Shown: piece after piece, positions 11,216 through 23,522 of the stretch
Layout: every line of letters begins with the position of its first letter
How positions within the stretch are numbered: position 1 is the first letter of the stretch
NCBI GenBank assembly: GCA_028534125.1
Contig: CM052818.1
Location: forward strand, 3,906,001-3,970,000
Length of the DNA stretch: 64,000 nucleotides
Direction of reading: 5' to 3'
From: Lama glama
Taxonomy: Eukaryota
The notes under the pieces: model-generated
The model's database searches: none
Seen by the model: only the letters and a program-made list of their open reading frames with translations
What the model was told of the DNA's origin: nothing
Position numbers and translations under genes: made by a program

Positions 11216-12767
11216 AGGAAGGGCACAGGGCAGGTGTCTGGCCATCAGAAGCTGCCATCATTTGGATGAAGCTCCCGGGTGATCCTGACGTGGAGCCTGA
11301 TGAAGAACCACCAGACGAGATGCTCCTTTCTATCTCTTCATTCTGAGTTGCAGAAAGTGACAGTCCGTCATCTTCATGTGACATCAAACCCCCAAGGATG
11401 CAACCAAATTGCACTCGGTACCTCTGACCAACAGATGCAACACTCTAACCAGTGAGAAAGGAAACAGCAGGCTTTTGTTCTGGAAGTTTCTGCTCCCCTC
11501 TCTCTGCCTTCCTCCTCATCTGAACACCGTAGGTGCAATTCAATGATATCCTTAAGGGGCCCACAGCAGCCCCGAGGACCAGGTGTTTTCTAAGATAAAG
11601 TACAGCTTTTGGGTAATTGGACAGATTTTTAAAAACAAACACACCAGAACGTCTACATTTGAGTGAGTGTTGTCTCTGATCCTCTTGGGAAGTAGAGCCC
11701 CTCTCTGGGACTCTTAGAACTGCTTTCGTGACTAATGTTTGGTTTGAAAAAAAAATAATCTTCAAAGGAGGCAAAGTTTTATCCTTTGAGAGTGAACAAA
11801 AAATAAACCACAGCCATGCCCAGGGAATCAGATTGAAGATCAAGCAGGGAAATAAAATTTTGCTTCAAAAAAGAAATGTGCCTATAAAACCAGGAAACAG
11901 ATTTCTCACGTGGCTTTTCAACTGAATTTTAGTAAGGTTGTTAAGAATCACTTGCTTTTGTTTATAGTCATTTCTCATGTTTCCACCCACCACCACGATG
12001 GTCTAGCATGTTTTTCATTACTGTATTAGTAAAAATGTTTATTTTTTATTTACTGTTCGTTAAAATGGATCATTTCTCAGCTCACATCCCAGTATCTCCT
12101 TTTTAGTCTAATCTCTCTGCAAATGGATTTCCAATTGAAAGCGGATCTTTTCTTGGCAAGATACACTGAATACTGGAGTAGGAAAAAGTGTGGCCAGCAT
12201 AAATAGAATTTGTGTGAAGATTTCTAAGATATTTTCTTGGCCAGGAGTGAGCTCAGCCTGGTGATTGGAGGACCAACAAAATGCTAAACTTAAGATGCAT
12301 GCTAGGCCTAAATAACTCACAAGAACTTTAAAATTAAAATGGAAATAACTGTGGTGGGGTTTTTTCCTTATTACATAAAGGACATAAGATTGTAGAAAAC
12401 TTTGGTAACAGAAAGAAGAAAGTGAAAATTAACAGTGGTCTCCTTCAGAGGTAACTACTGTTAACATTTTGATGTGTGTCTTTCAAGTCTTCCTCTTCTT
12501 ACAAATGTATGTGCTTAAAACAGAAATATCATCAAGGCACTGTTTTGTAACTTATTTTTAACACAGGAAGCTGTATCGTTAACATTTTCCTAAATCAGTC
12601 ATTATTCTTCTTTCTCACAATATTAATTATTTGAGGGTGAAATATACTTTATATAACAAGTTCTCTATTGTTAAGCATTTAGGTTGTTACGATTCAGATG
12701 TTTTGATTTGTTTCCTTTCTTTCCCTTCCCTCACTTCCTTCCTTCCAGCCCAAATTCTTTCCTTCTT

Positions 12768-12980
12768 GTTTAAGATATCTCTGGGACAACATGAAGAGCC
12801 CTAATATTTGCACTATAGGGGTCCCAGAAAGAGAGAGAGAAAGGACCTGAGAAAATACCAGAAGATGTAATAGCTGAAAATTTTCCTAACTTGGGAAAGG
12901 AAACAGTCACCCAAGTCCAGGAGGCACCGAGAGTCCCACACAGGATCAACCCAAAGGGGAACAGGCCAAGCACATAGTAA
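12768..12980 (+). mobile_element. Internal L1 ORF1 fragment, no poly-A, flanked by imperfect direct repeats
   Basis: Translates with frameshifts to LWDNMKSPNICTIGVPE...KGPEKIPEDVIAENFPNLGKETVTQVQEAPRVPHRINPK (L1 ORF1p); CCAAATTC(T/C)TTCCT(T/C)C at 12750-12765 and 12981-12996. Confidence 0.85.
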
Positions 12981-13049
12981 CCAAATTCCTTCCTCCCTCC
13001 CTCCTTCCCTTCCTGTTCTCTCTCTCTGTCTCCTTTTCTTTTCGCTATT

Positions 13050-14130
13050 ATAAGCAATATTATGATGAATGTATTGTAGCTGAGTGTTAACATTCTCAAA
13101 AATCTCCTTTTGATGAAGTTGAAATGTAAAATTCTGGATCAAAAATGTGTAAAAGCAGTTGATTCATTTTAAGCACTGCCCTTCAAAAGCTTCAATGGTG
13201 TTTCACCAAATAATGAATGGAAACATTCATCCCTTTATATCTTTGCTGATACTGGGCATTGTATTTTTGTTAATCTTTGCTGTTTTGACAGAATATTTCA
13301 ATTTGCTCTTCCTTGATTACAGCGAGCCTTTTCCATGTGTTTATTTACCATTATTACAAGACAGTAAATTTCCTTTTCGTATCTTTCACTTATTGATGTG
13401 TTCACCTTTTCTACTGCTATTAAGAGCTGTCTATATATTAAGGTTATTGACCCTTTGATATCTGTCTTATAAATAATTTTGCCTGTTCTCTGTTTCCCCT
13501 GAAATTTTTTGGAGGGGGAGGAAATTTATAGAAGAATAAAAAATATGTACTCAAACGCTCCAAATTTTCCTTCACGGTATCTCCTTGCAGAGTTATGCTT
13601 AAAAAAGTCCTTCCTTACTGGAAAATTATGTAAATCTTTCTTTTTATTTCCTTCCAGAGCTTCTATAGTTTCACGTTCACATTTAAATTTTTCATCTGGA
13701 ATTTGTTTAGCTGTAAGGTGTGAGATAAAAATTGAACTTAATTGTTTTTCCAAGTGGTTAGCCAATTGTCTCAACACCATTTGGGAATAATCTACTCTTT
13801 CCCCACCAATGAGAAAAGTCACTTTATTTTATACTAAATTCACATAACTGTTGGCTCTGTTTATACGCTTTGTTTTTCCTGTTCCAACACTCAGTTTGCC
13901 TTTTGGGGCACCAGTCATCCTTGTTTCAATTACTGCAGCTTTTTTATACATCTCAGAGTTGGCGAGGGCAAGTTTCCACATTTTTCTTGGCTATTCTTAA
14001 GTGTTTATTCTTCCATATAAACTTTAGAATTATTTTGTTAGCTTCAAAAGTCCCATGGGAATTTTTGTGGGGATTGTAATAAAAGTAAATATTAATTTGC
14101 AAGCAGTTGATGTCTTTATAATTCTCAATT
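13050..14130 (-). mobile_element. Old degenerate L1M ORF2 fragment
   Basis: ORF 13953..14240 (ILKFIWKNKHLRIAKK) and ORF 13526..13822 resemble decayed L1 ORF2. Confidence 0.7.
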
Positions 14131-14189
14131 GCTGCTCCGCTGAATAGCAGTGATAATGGTAATAATAAATTAACACTAGCAGCCAACAT

Positions 14190-14410
14190 TGATCGACTGC
14201 TTATTGTGTGCCTGGCTCTGTTCTGAGCCCTATTTGTCACATTTAAACATCGTTAATGAGCCACCACAGAGGCGCTATTCTTGCCAGACTCATTTCACAG
14301 ATAGAGAAACTGAGGCTTGGAGATGTTAAAGAACTTGCCGCAGTCACACAGCTTTAAGACAGAGAAAGGGTACTTTTCCTTTGGAGGTTTGGTTCCAGCA
14401 CCCATGCTAT
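14190..14410 (-). mobile_element. MIR SINE remnant
   Basis: catttcacagatagagaaactgaggcttggagatgttaaagaacttgccgcagtcacacagct is the MIR core. Confidence 0.7.
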
Positions 14411-14782
14411 GCCATGAGTCAATACTCCTTCCCCATTTATTTACAGTTCCTTCCTTTTCCTCACAAAATTGTGTAACTTTCTTCCTCTATGTCTTTACAA
14501 ATTTGGTTACATTAGCTCTTACTAGATTTTATATGTTGCTGCTCTATTTTTCTTGTGATGTTTTCTAATTGGTCATTGCTGGACTCTGGCTAAGCTATTT
14601 ATTATTATAAAGGAGGCATTTATTTTGAAATCATCCCATTTAATAACCTTCTTATTAGTACAGTGTCTGTTGATTCTCTTTGGTTTCCCAGGGTGACACG
14701 ACTATCATTTTAAAGTAATGATGTCTGGCCCCCTTTCCTGTACATGAATCTCTCATTACTTTTCTTGCATTATTGTAATACC

Positions 14783-14991
14783 TGTGGCATTATCCAACAC
14801 AGTAGCCCTTATCCATATGTGGCTATTGACATTCAAGTCAATTAAAATTAAATGAATTAAAAAATTCAGTTCCTCAGTTGCTCTAGTTACACATCAAGTC
14901 CTCAATAAGTCACATGTGGCTTGTGGCTACCACACTGGTTACCATTGTAGAATACTTTCATCATCACAGAAAGTTCTATTGGACAGTGATG
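14783..14991 (-). mobile_element. MER3-like hAT-Charlie MITE
   Basis: aaaattcagttcctcagttg...cacatgtggcttgtggctacc...catcatcacagaaagttctattggacag. Confidence 0.75.
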
Positions 14992-15779
14992 CTAGAACTT
15001 TCAGATTAATGCTAAATAATAATGGTGAAATGGGCTGCCCTGCCTTTTTCTTCCTAACTGTCAAGTGAGTACCTCTATTTACCATGAAATGATGTTGAGT
15101 TTTGAATTCAAATATCCATATGTATTTTTAAATTATGTTATAGAAGTCTTAACCCATCCTTAGTTTTCTAAAAGTACTTATTTTAAAAATTTGGAATGGA
15201 TAATGAATTTTTATACTTCTTGGCATCAAAAAATTTTGCTATGTGAGAGGCAAATTCCCCCTCATTCTTTAAAATTGTCCTACCCATCCTGGTCCTTTTT
15301 AAATACATTGCTGGATTTTGTTTACCAATATTTTATTTATATGTTTGTCATGAAAGAAATTGATTTCAAATCAATTTTCAAATTCTCTCTACTTCTAGTG
15401 TCTTGTCCAGGTTCTAAAAATAAAATCAAGATTATATAATTTCCATAAAATAAATTAAAACGCTTTTTCTCTATTTCATTTCTGAGGAAAAGTATGTATC
15501 AGATATGAGTCATCTGTCCCTCAAAGTCTGGTAAAACTTAGGTGAAAAAAAGTCTGGTTCTGATGTTTCAGTTGAAAGGTGGGATTTCTTCCCATCTCTC
15601 TTCTAGCTCATGCATTACATCTTCATCTGTGTCTAATCACACTGCTTAGTCTATCCATTAAGTTGAATTTCACTGAATAAACTTTTTCCGTTCTAAAATT
15701 TACACTAGGTTTTTCTGCAGATATGCCTTTGTGGAATGTTCTTCCCCCCGGTCTACTTGATTTCTTAACACATTTTGTT

Positions 15780-17720
15780 TCATTTTTTAAATCTAAATGT
15801 AGTTGATGTAGAATATTATGTTAGTTTCAGGTGTGCTACATCGTGATTTGATATTTGCATACATTATGAAACACTTACCAAGGTAAGTCTAGAAACCACC
15901 TGTCTCCATACAAAGTCATTACAACCCATTGATCACATTCCTTATGCTGTGTATTGCATCCCTGTAGCTTATTTATTTTATAACTGGAGGTTTCCCCTTC
16001 ACTGATTTCACCCCCAACACCCCTCCTTGCTGGCAACCATCCATTTGTTCTCTGTATCTAGGAATCTGTTTTGGTTGTTTGTTTTAATTTTTAGATTCCA
16101 CATATAAGTATGATATGGTATTTGTCTTTTTCTATCAGACTTATATTTCACTTGGCGTAATACCATCTAGATCATCCATGTTGTCAGAGATGGCACAATT
16201 TCATTTTTTTTTTACGGCTGAGAATTATTCATATATATGTATTTATATGTCACACCTTCTTTATTCCATTGTCTATGGATGGTCACTTAAGTTGCTTCCA
16301 CATCTTGGCTATCGTAAATAATGCTGCAGTGAACACTGGTGTACATATCTTTTCAAAGTAGTATTTTGTTTTCTTGAGGTAAATACACAGAAGTGAAATT
16401 GCTAGATCATATAGCAGTTCTATTTTTAATTTTTTCATGAACATCTATGCTGTTTTCCATAGCAGCTGCGCCAATTTGCATTCCCACCAACAGTGCACGA
16501 AGGATCGCTTTTCTCCACATTCTTGTCAATGCTTTGTAATCCCTTGATGATACCATTCTGACAGGTGTGAGGTGGTATCGGATTGTGGTTTTGATTTGCA
16601 TTTCTCTGATGATTAGTGTGATGTTTGGTATCTTTTCATATGCCTGTTGGCCACCTGTATGTCTTCTCTGATTATGATGTTGGCTGTGGGTGTGTCATAC
16701 ATGGCCTTTATTATGTTGACATATGTTCCCTCTATGCTCACTTTCTGGAGAGTTTTTTATTGTAAATGGATGTTGAATTTTATCGAAAGCTTTTTCTACA
16801 ACTACTGAGATGATCATATGGTTTTTATTCTTCAGTTTGTTAATGTGGTGTATTATGGCAACTGATTTGTGTATACTAAACTATCCTCGTGTTCCTGGCA
16901 TAAATCCTACTTGACTATGGTGTATGATCCTTTTAATGTAGTGTTGAATTCAGCTTGCTAATATTTTGTTGAGGATTTTTGCATTTATGTTCCTTTAGTT
17001 TTTAATTTCACAAAAGCCTTTGTATAATTGAAAATGTTTTCTTGAAGAAATCCATCAGTGATATTGACTTGTAATTTTCTTTTTTTGTTGTATCTTTGTC
17101 TGGTTTTGGTACTAGGGTGATGTTGGCCTTGTACAATGACTTCAAAAGTATTTCTTCCTCTTCAATTTTTTTGGAATAGTTCGAGAAGAATAGATGTTAA
17201 CTCTTCTTTGGTAGAATTCCTCTGTGGAACTGTCTGGTTCGGGACTTTTTTGTTGGAAGTTTTTTAAAGTAATGATTCAGTTTCATTACTGGTAATCAGT
17301 CTGTTCATATTTTCTATTTTTTCTTGACTTACTCTTGGGAGATTGTACACTTCTAGGAATTTATCCATTTCTTCTAAGTTGTCCATTTTATTGGTGGATA
17401 ATTGTTTGTAGTACTCTCTTATGATCCTTAGTATTTCTGTGGNNNNNNNNNNNNNNNNNNNNNNNNNNNNNNNNNNNNNNNNNNNNNNNNNNNNNNNNNN
17501 NNNNNNNNNNNNNNNNNNNNNNNNNNNNNNNNNNNNNNNNNNNNNNNNNNNNNNNNNNNNNNNNNNNNNNNNNNNNNNCTTTTTTTTTTAATTCTTTATT
17601 TCACTTATTTCCACTCTGATCTTTACTTCTTTCCTTCTAATAACTTTGGGCTTTGCTTGTTCCTATTCTTCTAGTTCCTTTAGGTATATGGTTAGATTAC
17701 TTATTTGAGATCTCTTCTTG
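15780..17720 (-). mobile_element. LINE-1 (3'UTR plus ORF2 pieces, internally deleted), interrupted by an assembly gap
   Basis: ORF 16407..16601 MQIKTTIRYHLTPVRM is L1 ORF2; L1 3'UTR and T-rich tail near 15780; RT-region sequence at 16670-17440. Confidence 0.9.
17443..17578. other. Assembly gap (136 N)
   Basis: N run inside the L1. Confidence 1.
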
Positions 17721-20203
17721 TTTTTACACAATTTAAATGCTTCTTTTACTTTCTCTTTCAAATTGTTTTCTAGTCTTCTTGCTTGTTCTCCTGTTTCTTT
17801 CACCTGTCACCACGTGACTTAGCATTTGGTGCTGTGAGCCCATGTTCAGAGGGGGTTATTGGCTTCAGCAGTGCTGTAGGTTTCACCGGAGGCATACTGC
17901 CTCAGCCAGGGGCACAGGGAACAGGATGGCCAGGGACACACGTGGTGGTTACTTTCCTGACTTGGTGCTTCTGTATTATGTAGTTGGTAAAAAATCTTAC
18001 CTTTATTCTCCTGCCCACTTCCTTGAATCACTGAGCCCTCTGGAGCCTGACTTCTACGGGGGACTCAGCTTTTGCCTGCTTGCCTTGTTGGTGTCCTGTA
18101 TCTACATCACTGTTAGGATCGCAGCCTGCAGACCCCCGGGCCTGGAGCCCCCACAGGTTTGCTTACTGCTTAGATTTTGCATTCCCTTTTTGTTTCCTGT
18201 ACCTGCGGCTTTCCTTCTCATTCCTTTGAGCCAGGCCACATATTACAATTTTTAAAATCTTATTTTATGCAGAATTTTGGATCCATTATATTGACCATAA
18301 GTCCAAGAATTATTTTAGGTTTCTAAGTGATTGATTTGTTTATTTTATTTTTAAGCAATGGCAAGGAAAGCAGGAGAGAACTGCGTGTTGGCATCTGCTT
18401 TTTGTTTTCTGCTTATATTTATCATCTAAGAATATATTTAAACAATTTCTACATTTTTGGCATTAATATATTGGTGTTTTCTTTGTGTCTTAGTGCAATA
18501 AATGTTTAAAGGTATTCATAGTCACTTAAAAAAGGTATATGTATCTGCTCTATAGCTTTAATTTTTTTATTATTCATCCAAAGACTTGGAAAGTCATGTT
18601 ACTATATCCCATTATAAATGAAAATTTTCAATACATTCTTTTTTGTTTAGCAGTTTTTCATTATATAATCTGCTACAAATAATACATTAATTATTTAAGA
18701 CTCCAAGGCCTGAATCATGTTTCAAGTGGCTGGAGCCACAACAGCCTCAGTGAGCCTTCAGTTAGTCTTTTTCTGATTAATAATGGCACTTCTATTTTTT
18801 GTTATAAAATGTAATGCCGCATTTGGTGAAAAAAATCTTGAAAGAGGAAATATATACTATAAAATGAAAATAGATAATGCTTTAAAACTTGGATATAGTG
18901 GTGAAAAAGGAGAATAGGAAAACTAAAAGAGTCCACATTTATTTTATTTAACAGGGACAACTAAGCGGAGACACATTCATAAAATCGATAGAGAAATGCA
19001 GATTTTAAAATGCTGCATTTTAAAATTGGTCTCTTCTGTCCTCCATAGTTTCTTGTTTGTATCATTTACTTAATGAAAATGAACAGATGAACTAATAAAT
19101 GAAGGACAAGTTATTCCCCCCCCCCCAATTCTAATATTTCCCTTTTAGTTAGAATATTTTAAATAACCATTTGAGTTCAGGAGTGTTGCCTGCAGCCTAT
19201 AATATGGCTGAGTCACTGTCTTCCTCTTCTCCGGTCTGTCAGCCCTTGTGCCGGCAGCACAGTTAGGTCTGTGGTTTAAGCTGAATCCCTACTCCTTTGT
19301 TTACTTATTTATTTTGAATATGAATCAGGTGGAGCGCCTGTGCAGGTGTCTGCAAGTTTATATCAGGAAAGGAAGAGAAGTTAGTTTCCCAAGAAATAAA
19401 ATTTCATGGAGAAGTTGGAAAACGTGCCCTCAGTATGTCACTCTATGAATCCACGGCACATTTGCATTTCTTGTTATCTTACTATAGGATGTCTGCATAA
19501 CCTTTCAAGAAACGCAACACTCCACCCCAAGTCCACTGATACTCAGAGAGACGCTGGGTCTGAAGGCTTGCTTGTCTGGGAGACCTTCTTCAGAAGGTGT
19601 CGATGTCTTTGAGTTTAACCCTCAGGAGTTTCTGCTCTTAGACTTGAGATTTTGGTTAAGGAGAGAGAAAGGGAAGGCAGACTTAGGCGACATCACACAA
19701 GAAAAGGCGAAAAAAAAGGAGAACTCTGTAGAGGGCGCACGTCCAACTTTCACACTGTGACCGCTTGGGGATATTTCAAAATGTTTTCAAATGGCATGTA
19801 CTTTTTGGATACGTGAGGGCATTTCCAAGTATCAAGAAAAAAATAACTGAATATTTCAAATGTTTGGAATTACTCCCAATTCAAGAAATCCAGATGTTTG
19901 TAATGAAGCCATTTCATATCTCTGTTTAAATATTCAAGTGGGTTTTAAGATGATACAGAGGGAAAAAGGCATACTCCTCAATTCTTCCTTTTAAAAAATA
20001 GGATAGTATGTACTCCACAAGGCTATCAGGAGGACAAAACTTGTGGAAATGGTCAGTCAATAGACCTGAGTACCTCTCCATCCTCCTTGCCCTTTCTGCC
20101 TCTCAGGGCTGTTGTGGGAAAAAGATGGGAGGTATTTAAAGTGACATGGCAATACAGAAAATGCAGTATATTATTATTGCTTATTGCTGCACATACTGAA
20201 CCA

Positions 20204-20277
20204 ACAATTATGTGTGTGATGGATACCAGATGTAAATAATAACCAGGGCTCCTGGCCATCTGTCTTCCCATAATCCG
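20204..20277 (-). ncRNA. MIR3126: Diverged homologue of the intronic MIR3126 hairpin; functionality unknown
   Basis: Minus strand reads GGATTATGGGAAGACAGATGGCCAGGAGCCCTGGTTATTATTTACATCTGGTATCCATCACACACATAATTGT. This aligns end to end with the recalled human pre-miR-3126, which lies just downstream of ANTXR1 exon 10. Confidence 0.7.
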
Positions 20278-20858
20278 TCTTCTCCGTCTTTCCTGGACAG
20301 CTGGCTGAATCACACGTCTTTAAATTAAGAACTTGCCTGCTACAAATGTCTTGTGAAAGTGCCAGTGTTATGAGAATTCATTTTTCCCATGAGATGCACC
20401 AAGTTTTACTTCCATGTTCCTGTATTTCAGGTCAAGACGACAGTATTCCCCATGACGAGGGGTTTTTTGGCTGCTCCAAGCAAGAATCATCCAGATTCAA
20501 ACAAATTCCAGACTCTACACCCGCAAACCTAACAGGCTTTTTGGTTTATCCAGAATTAATCCATTTAAACCACCGCTTTCCCCCTCTTGCGTTGGACAGT
20601 CCCTAATATTTTGTTAAGGAACCTCACGCTGCCTAAGCCATAACCAGCGTCTGAAAGGTACACACGTCGCTGAACTGGGAGACAAGTGCCTTCCCTGATG
20701 GGAGCGAGGGCACCGCAGGGACCAGCTATGCCTCTGCTGGACCCCTTTCCAGCAGGGAAGACCCTTCTCTGCCCTTTCCTGGCTGTGATAGGAAGACTGG
20801 GCTGGGGATCCCCTTCCCGGAAGCAGGCATAAGAACCCCGCAAACGACAGGAACTTAC

Positions 20859-20957
20859 TGAGCGTGAGAGACTCGTTGATCTTGAAGCTGCAGAGGACCC
20901 TGTCCACGTTGCGGGCGTGGCGGAAGCCGTTCCCTCTCACCACGACTTGAAATGATT
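20859..20957 (-). CDS. ANTXR1: ANTXR1 coding exon (exon 10 equivalent, 99 nt): (E)[32 protein letters not shown], Ig-like domain
   Basis: Contained in ORF 20614..21000; TTTCAG acceptor, GTAAGT donor. Confidence 0.98.
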
Positions 20958-22249
20958 CTGAAATGACAATGACAAGACACCGTGTTTGACTGCAGACCAA
21001 TTTAGCCTTGAGATTTCCATCTGCCCTGATGTAGGGCGTTTGTTAACTGCCTCACCAGGCTTAAAAGATTTGAGTTTCAAATAATTCCAAAAAACTGGGA
21101 AACAAAAGCATCTGTGTGGAAGCCTTTTACCACTGATTCACCACCCCCCTCAATCGGTGTCCACCAAGATGGCACAGCACTTCCTACTTTGAAGTCCCAC
21201 CTTCCTGCTTTAGCTGGTGATGCTCCTCCCACCTGGAAGGCATGCCTCCCCCGTCTCTGTCATACAGACCGCACCCATCTCTCAAGTCCTGCCAGTTTTA
21301 AAAACTGTGATCTCTGACACCAGAGGGCCACAGGGAGGGGCTCTCCTCCTCTTGAATCAACTCAACCCCTCTTAGCTCTCTTAACATACTGGATGCCTGG
21401 GACAGGATTTCTTTAGAACTCGAGGTGCCTAACGTTTTTGAAAATCACTGCCTTGTGGCATTCACAGTCTGTCCTGAACAGTGTAGGATGTGGTTAGTTA
21501 CCATCTGGTGTTACTCTTCTGTCTCTTCTCGCACAACTAGAAAAACATTTCTTTAGGTTAGAAACTGATGAAGCTTCAGCTCTCCTGTGTCTGCAGGGCA
21601 CACAGGAGGAGCACCTAGTGTTATGTGGCCGTAGCTGTACTCAGTAGCGAAGCAAAGTCTTGCTTATTGGTGGCCAGTTGTCAAGCATTGCCTGTTTGAA
21701 CTGACACTGGCCCCTGGTATAGTCAGAATTAAATTCTTTCTGAATAGAAAAGAGAATCCATCTTGCAGGTCTCTAGCCCTGCATGTTAATTTCACATTGA
21801 CCTAATGCATGTCGAATTAACACATATTAAATTATGAGCCTTTATAATAGCCTTATGAAGGGGAAAAAAAAACCCCAGCTAAGCTAAGTCATTAAATGTT
21901 TAGGAATATTTGCTTAAGTTTGATGGTAACTAATGGCCAATATTCCACTTTCTTTGATTTTTGTCATCCTTTTGCGTATAAAAACTGGAGCTTGAGATAA
22001 TGCTTTGTGGCACATAAAAAAAAAAGACTAAAAGTCAGAGGAAAAAACTGCAATATTTGTAAAAGTTGATCTTGAAGTGTACAAGGCTATCAAAATGGAG
22101 ATCTTCATTGGAGGAAGAATGGAATTAAAGGACTAGCATATGGGACTCTTCCAAACTCTAATAAATGTCATGGATGTAAGTCACCACTATTCCCAGGAAA
22201 TTAAGAGATCATGTTTGCCAAGAGAATGATAACCGATATCAGTTTCTCC

Positions 22250-22445
22250 CTCTTTGTGTGCCCTGTGCTAAACATTGTCCACGTTTGATGTCATTTAAGC
22301 CTCACCACCGCCGACAGAGGTACAGATGAGAAAACCAGGCTTGGTGAGTGAGGTTAAGTAATTCATTCAAGATCACACGGCTGCTGGTAGCTGACAGAGT
22401 CAGAACTGGAGTCCAGGTTTGTCAGGTAACAAATGCCATGCCCTG
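22250..22445 (-). mobile_element. MIR SINE remnant
   Basis: tacagatgagaaaaccagg...gaggttaagtaattcattcaagatcacacggctg. Confidence 0.6.
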
Positions 22446-22945
22446 AGAACTCAGCCAGCGTGCTCTTTACCATGATGCTAAAATGGATCCCTGAGGTCGT
22501 GTGACATATGATTCACTTAGAGGTTGACATTGTGATTTTTCAAAAAGCCTATTTAATTTTTATTTTAGACAGGTTTGTCTGTTTTGCAGAAAAGTTGTGC
22601 TGGCCTGGATGGGAAGCAAGAAACTAAAACCGAACTAAAAGAACCCGGAGGCGCTGAATGTGTTGCAAAGAGAACAAGGTAGAACAGAACGGCGTTTCCA
22701 ACGGTGAAGGAGCTTCACAGTAAGGAAACTGAGATTCTGACGTTTTCAGTGACTTGCCGGAGGTCATGTGAATTGTAGCTAGTAAGTAGCAAAATTGAGA
22801 CCTGTATCCAAGTGTTCACTGCCTTAGTTTTGAACTATATTAAGGTCAGTGGCAAATGCTGTTTCAGGACCATAAGTCTTATGACTATTAAGGATTTAGA
22901 TATGCACACTGATGCATACATACGATTGCTAAGTTTAGAAGGATT

Positions 22946-23522
22946 TGAGGCAGGAGGGAAGGGGGCAGGGTGTAATCATTAAAAGAATGACGCAGCCATT
23001 AGCACCAAGAGGGAGGAAGATTCAACTCCTGTAGACCTTGAGCTCATTATAATACAATAGCATGCTAAATAGCACTCCCCCAGGCTCCTCGACAGCTTCC
23101 AGGTTGACCATAAAAGTTTAAAAAGTGGATGCTAGCTCAGTTCCTGGGAATCCCAGCCCTTCCCCCAAAGCAGTTGGAATAATTCTCCCACTGTTAGCAT
23201 GTGAAGTTACCGAGCCCATAAAGACTAACAGCCCCACTCCTAGTGGCCTTTCTCTTGCCCTTTGAGATGACCCACACTCTGTCTATGGAGTGACTACCTA
23301 CTTTTACTTTAAGCTAAACACCTGCCCCAATGCCTCGTGGCCTCTCCGGCCTTCTGAGATGGCCTGCGTTCGAGCTATGGAGTGTGCATCTCTCTGAATA
23401 AATCTGCTTTTACTCAACTATGGTCTGCTCTTGAATTCTTTCCTGTGTGAAGCCAAAGACCCTCACTTGGCGGGGCGCGCCCCGGACACGCCCATCCTCT
23501 TGCGGTCCATTTCCCTGTATCA
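22946..23522 (+). mobile_element. ERV1-class solo LTR, MER41-like
   Basis: TG...CA termini; flanks GATT/GATG (3 of 4 matching TSD); AATAAA at 23397-23402 followed by a MER41-type U5 (ttgaattctttcctgtgtgaagccaaagaccctcacttgg). Confidence 0.8.
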
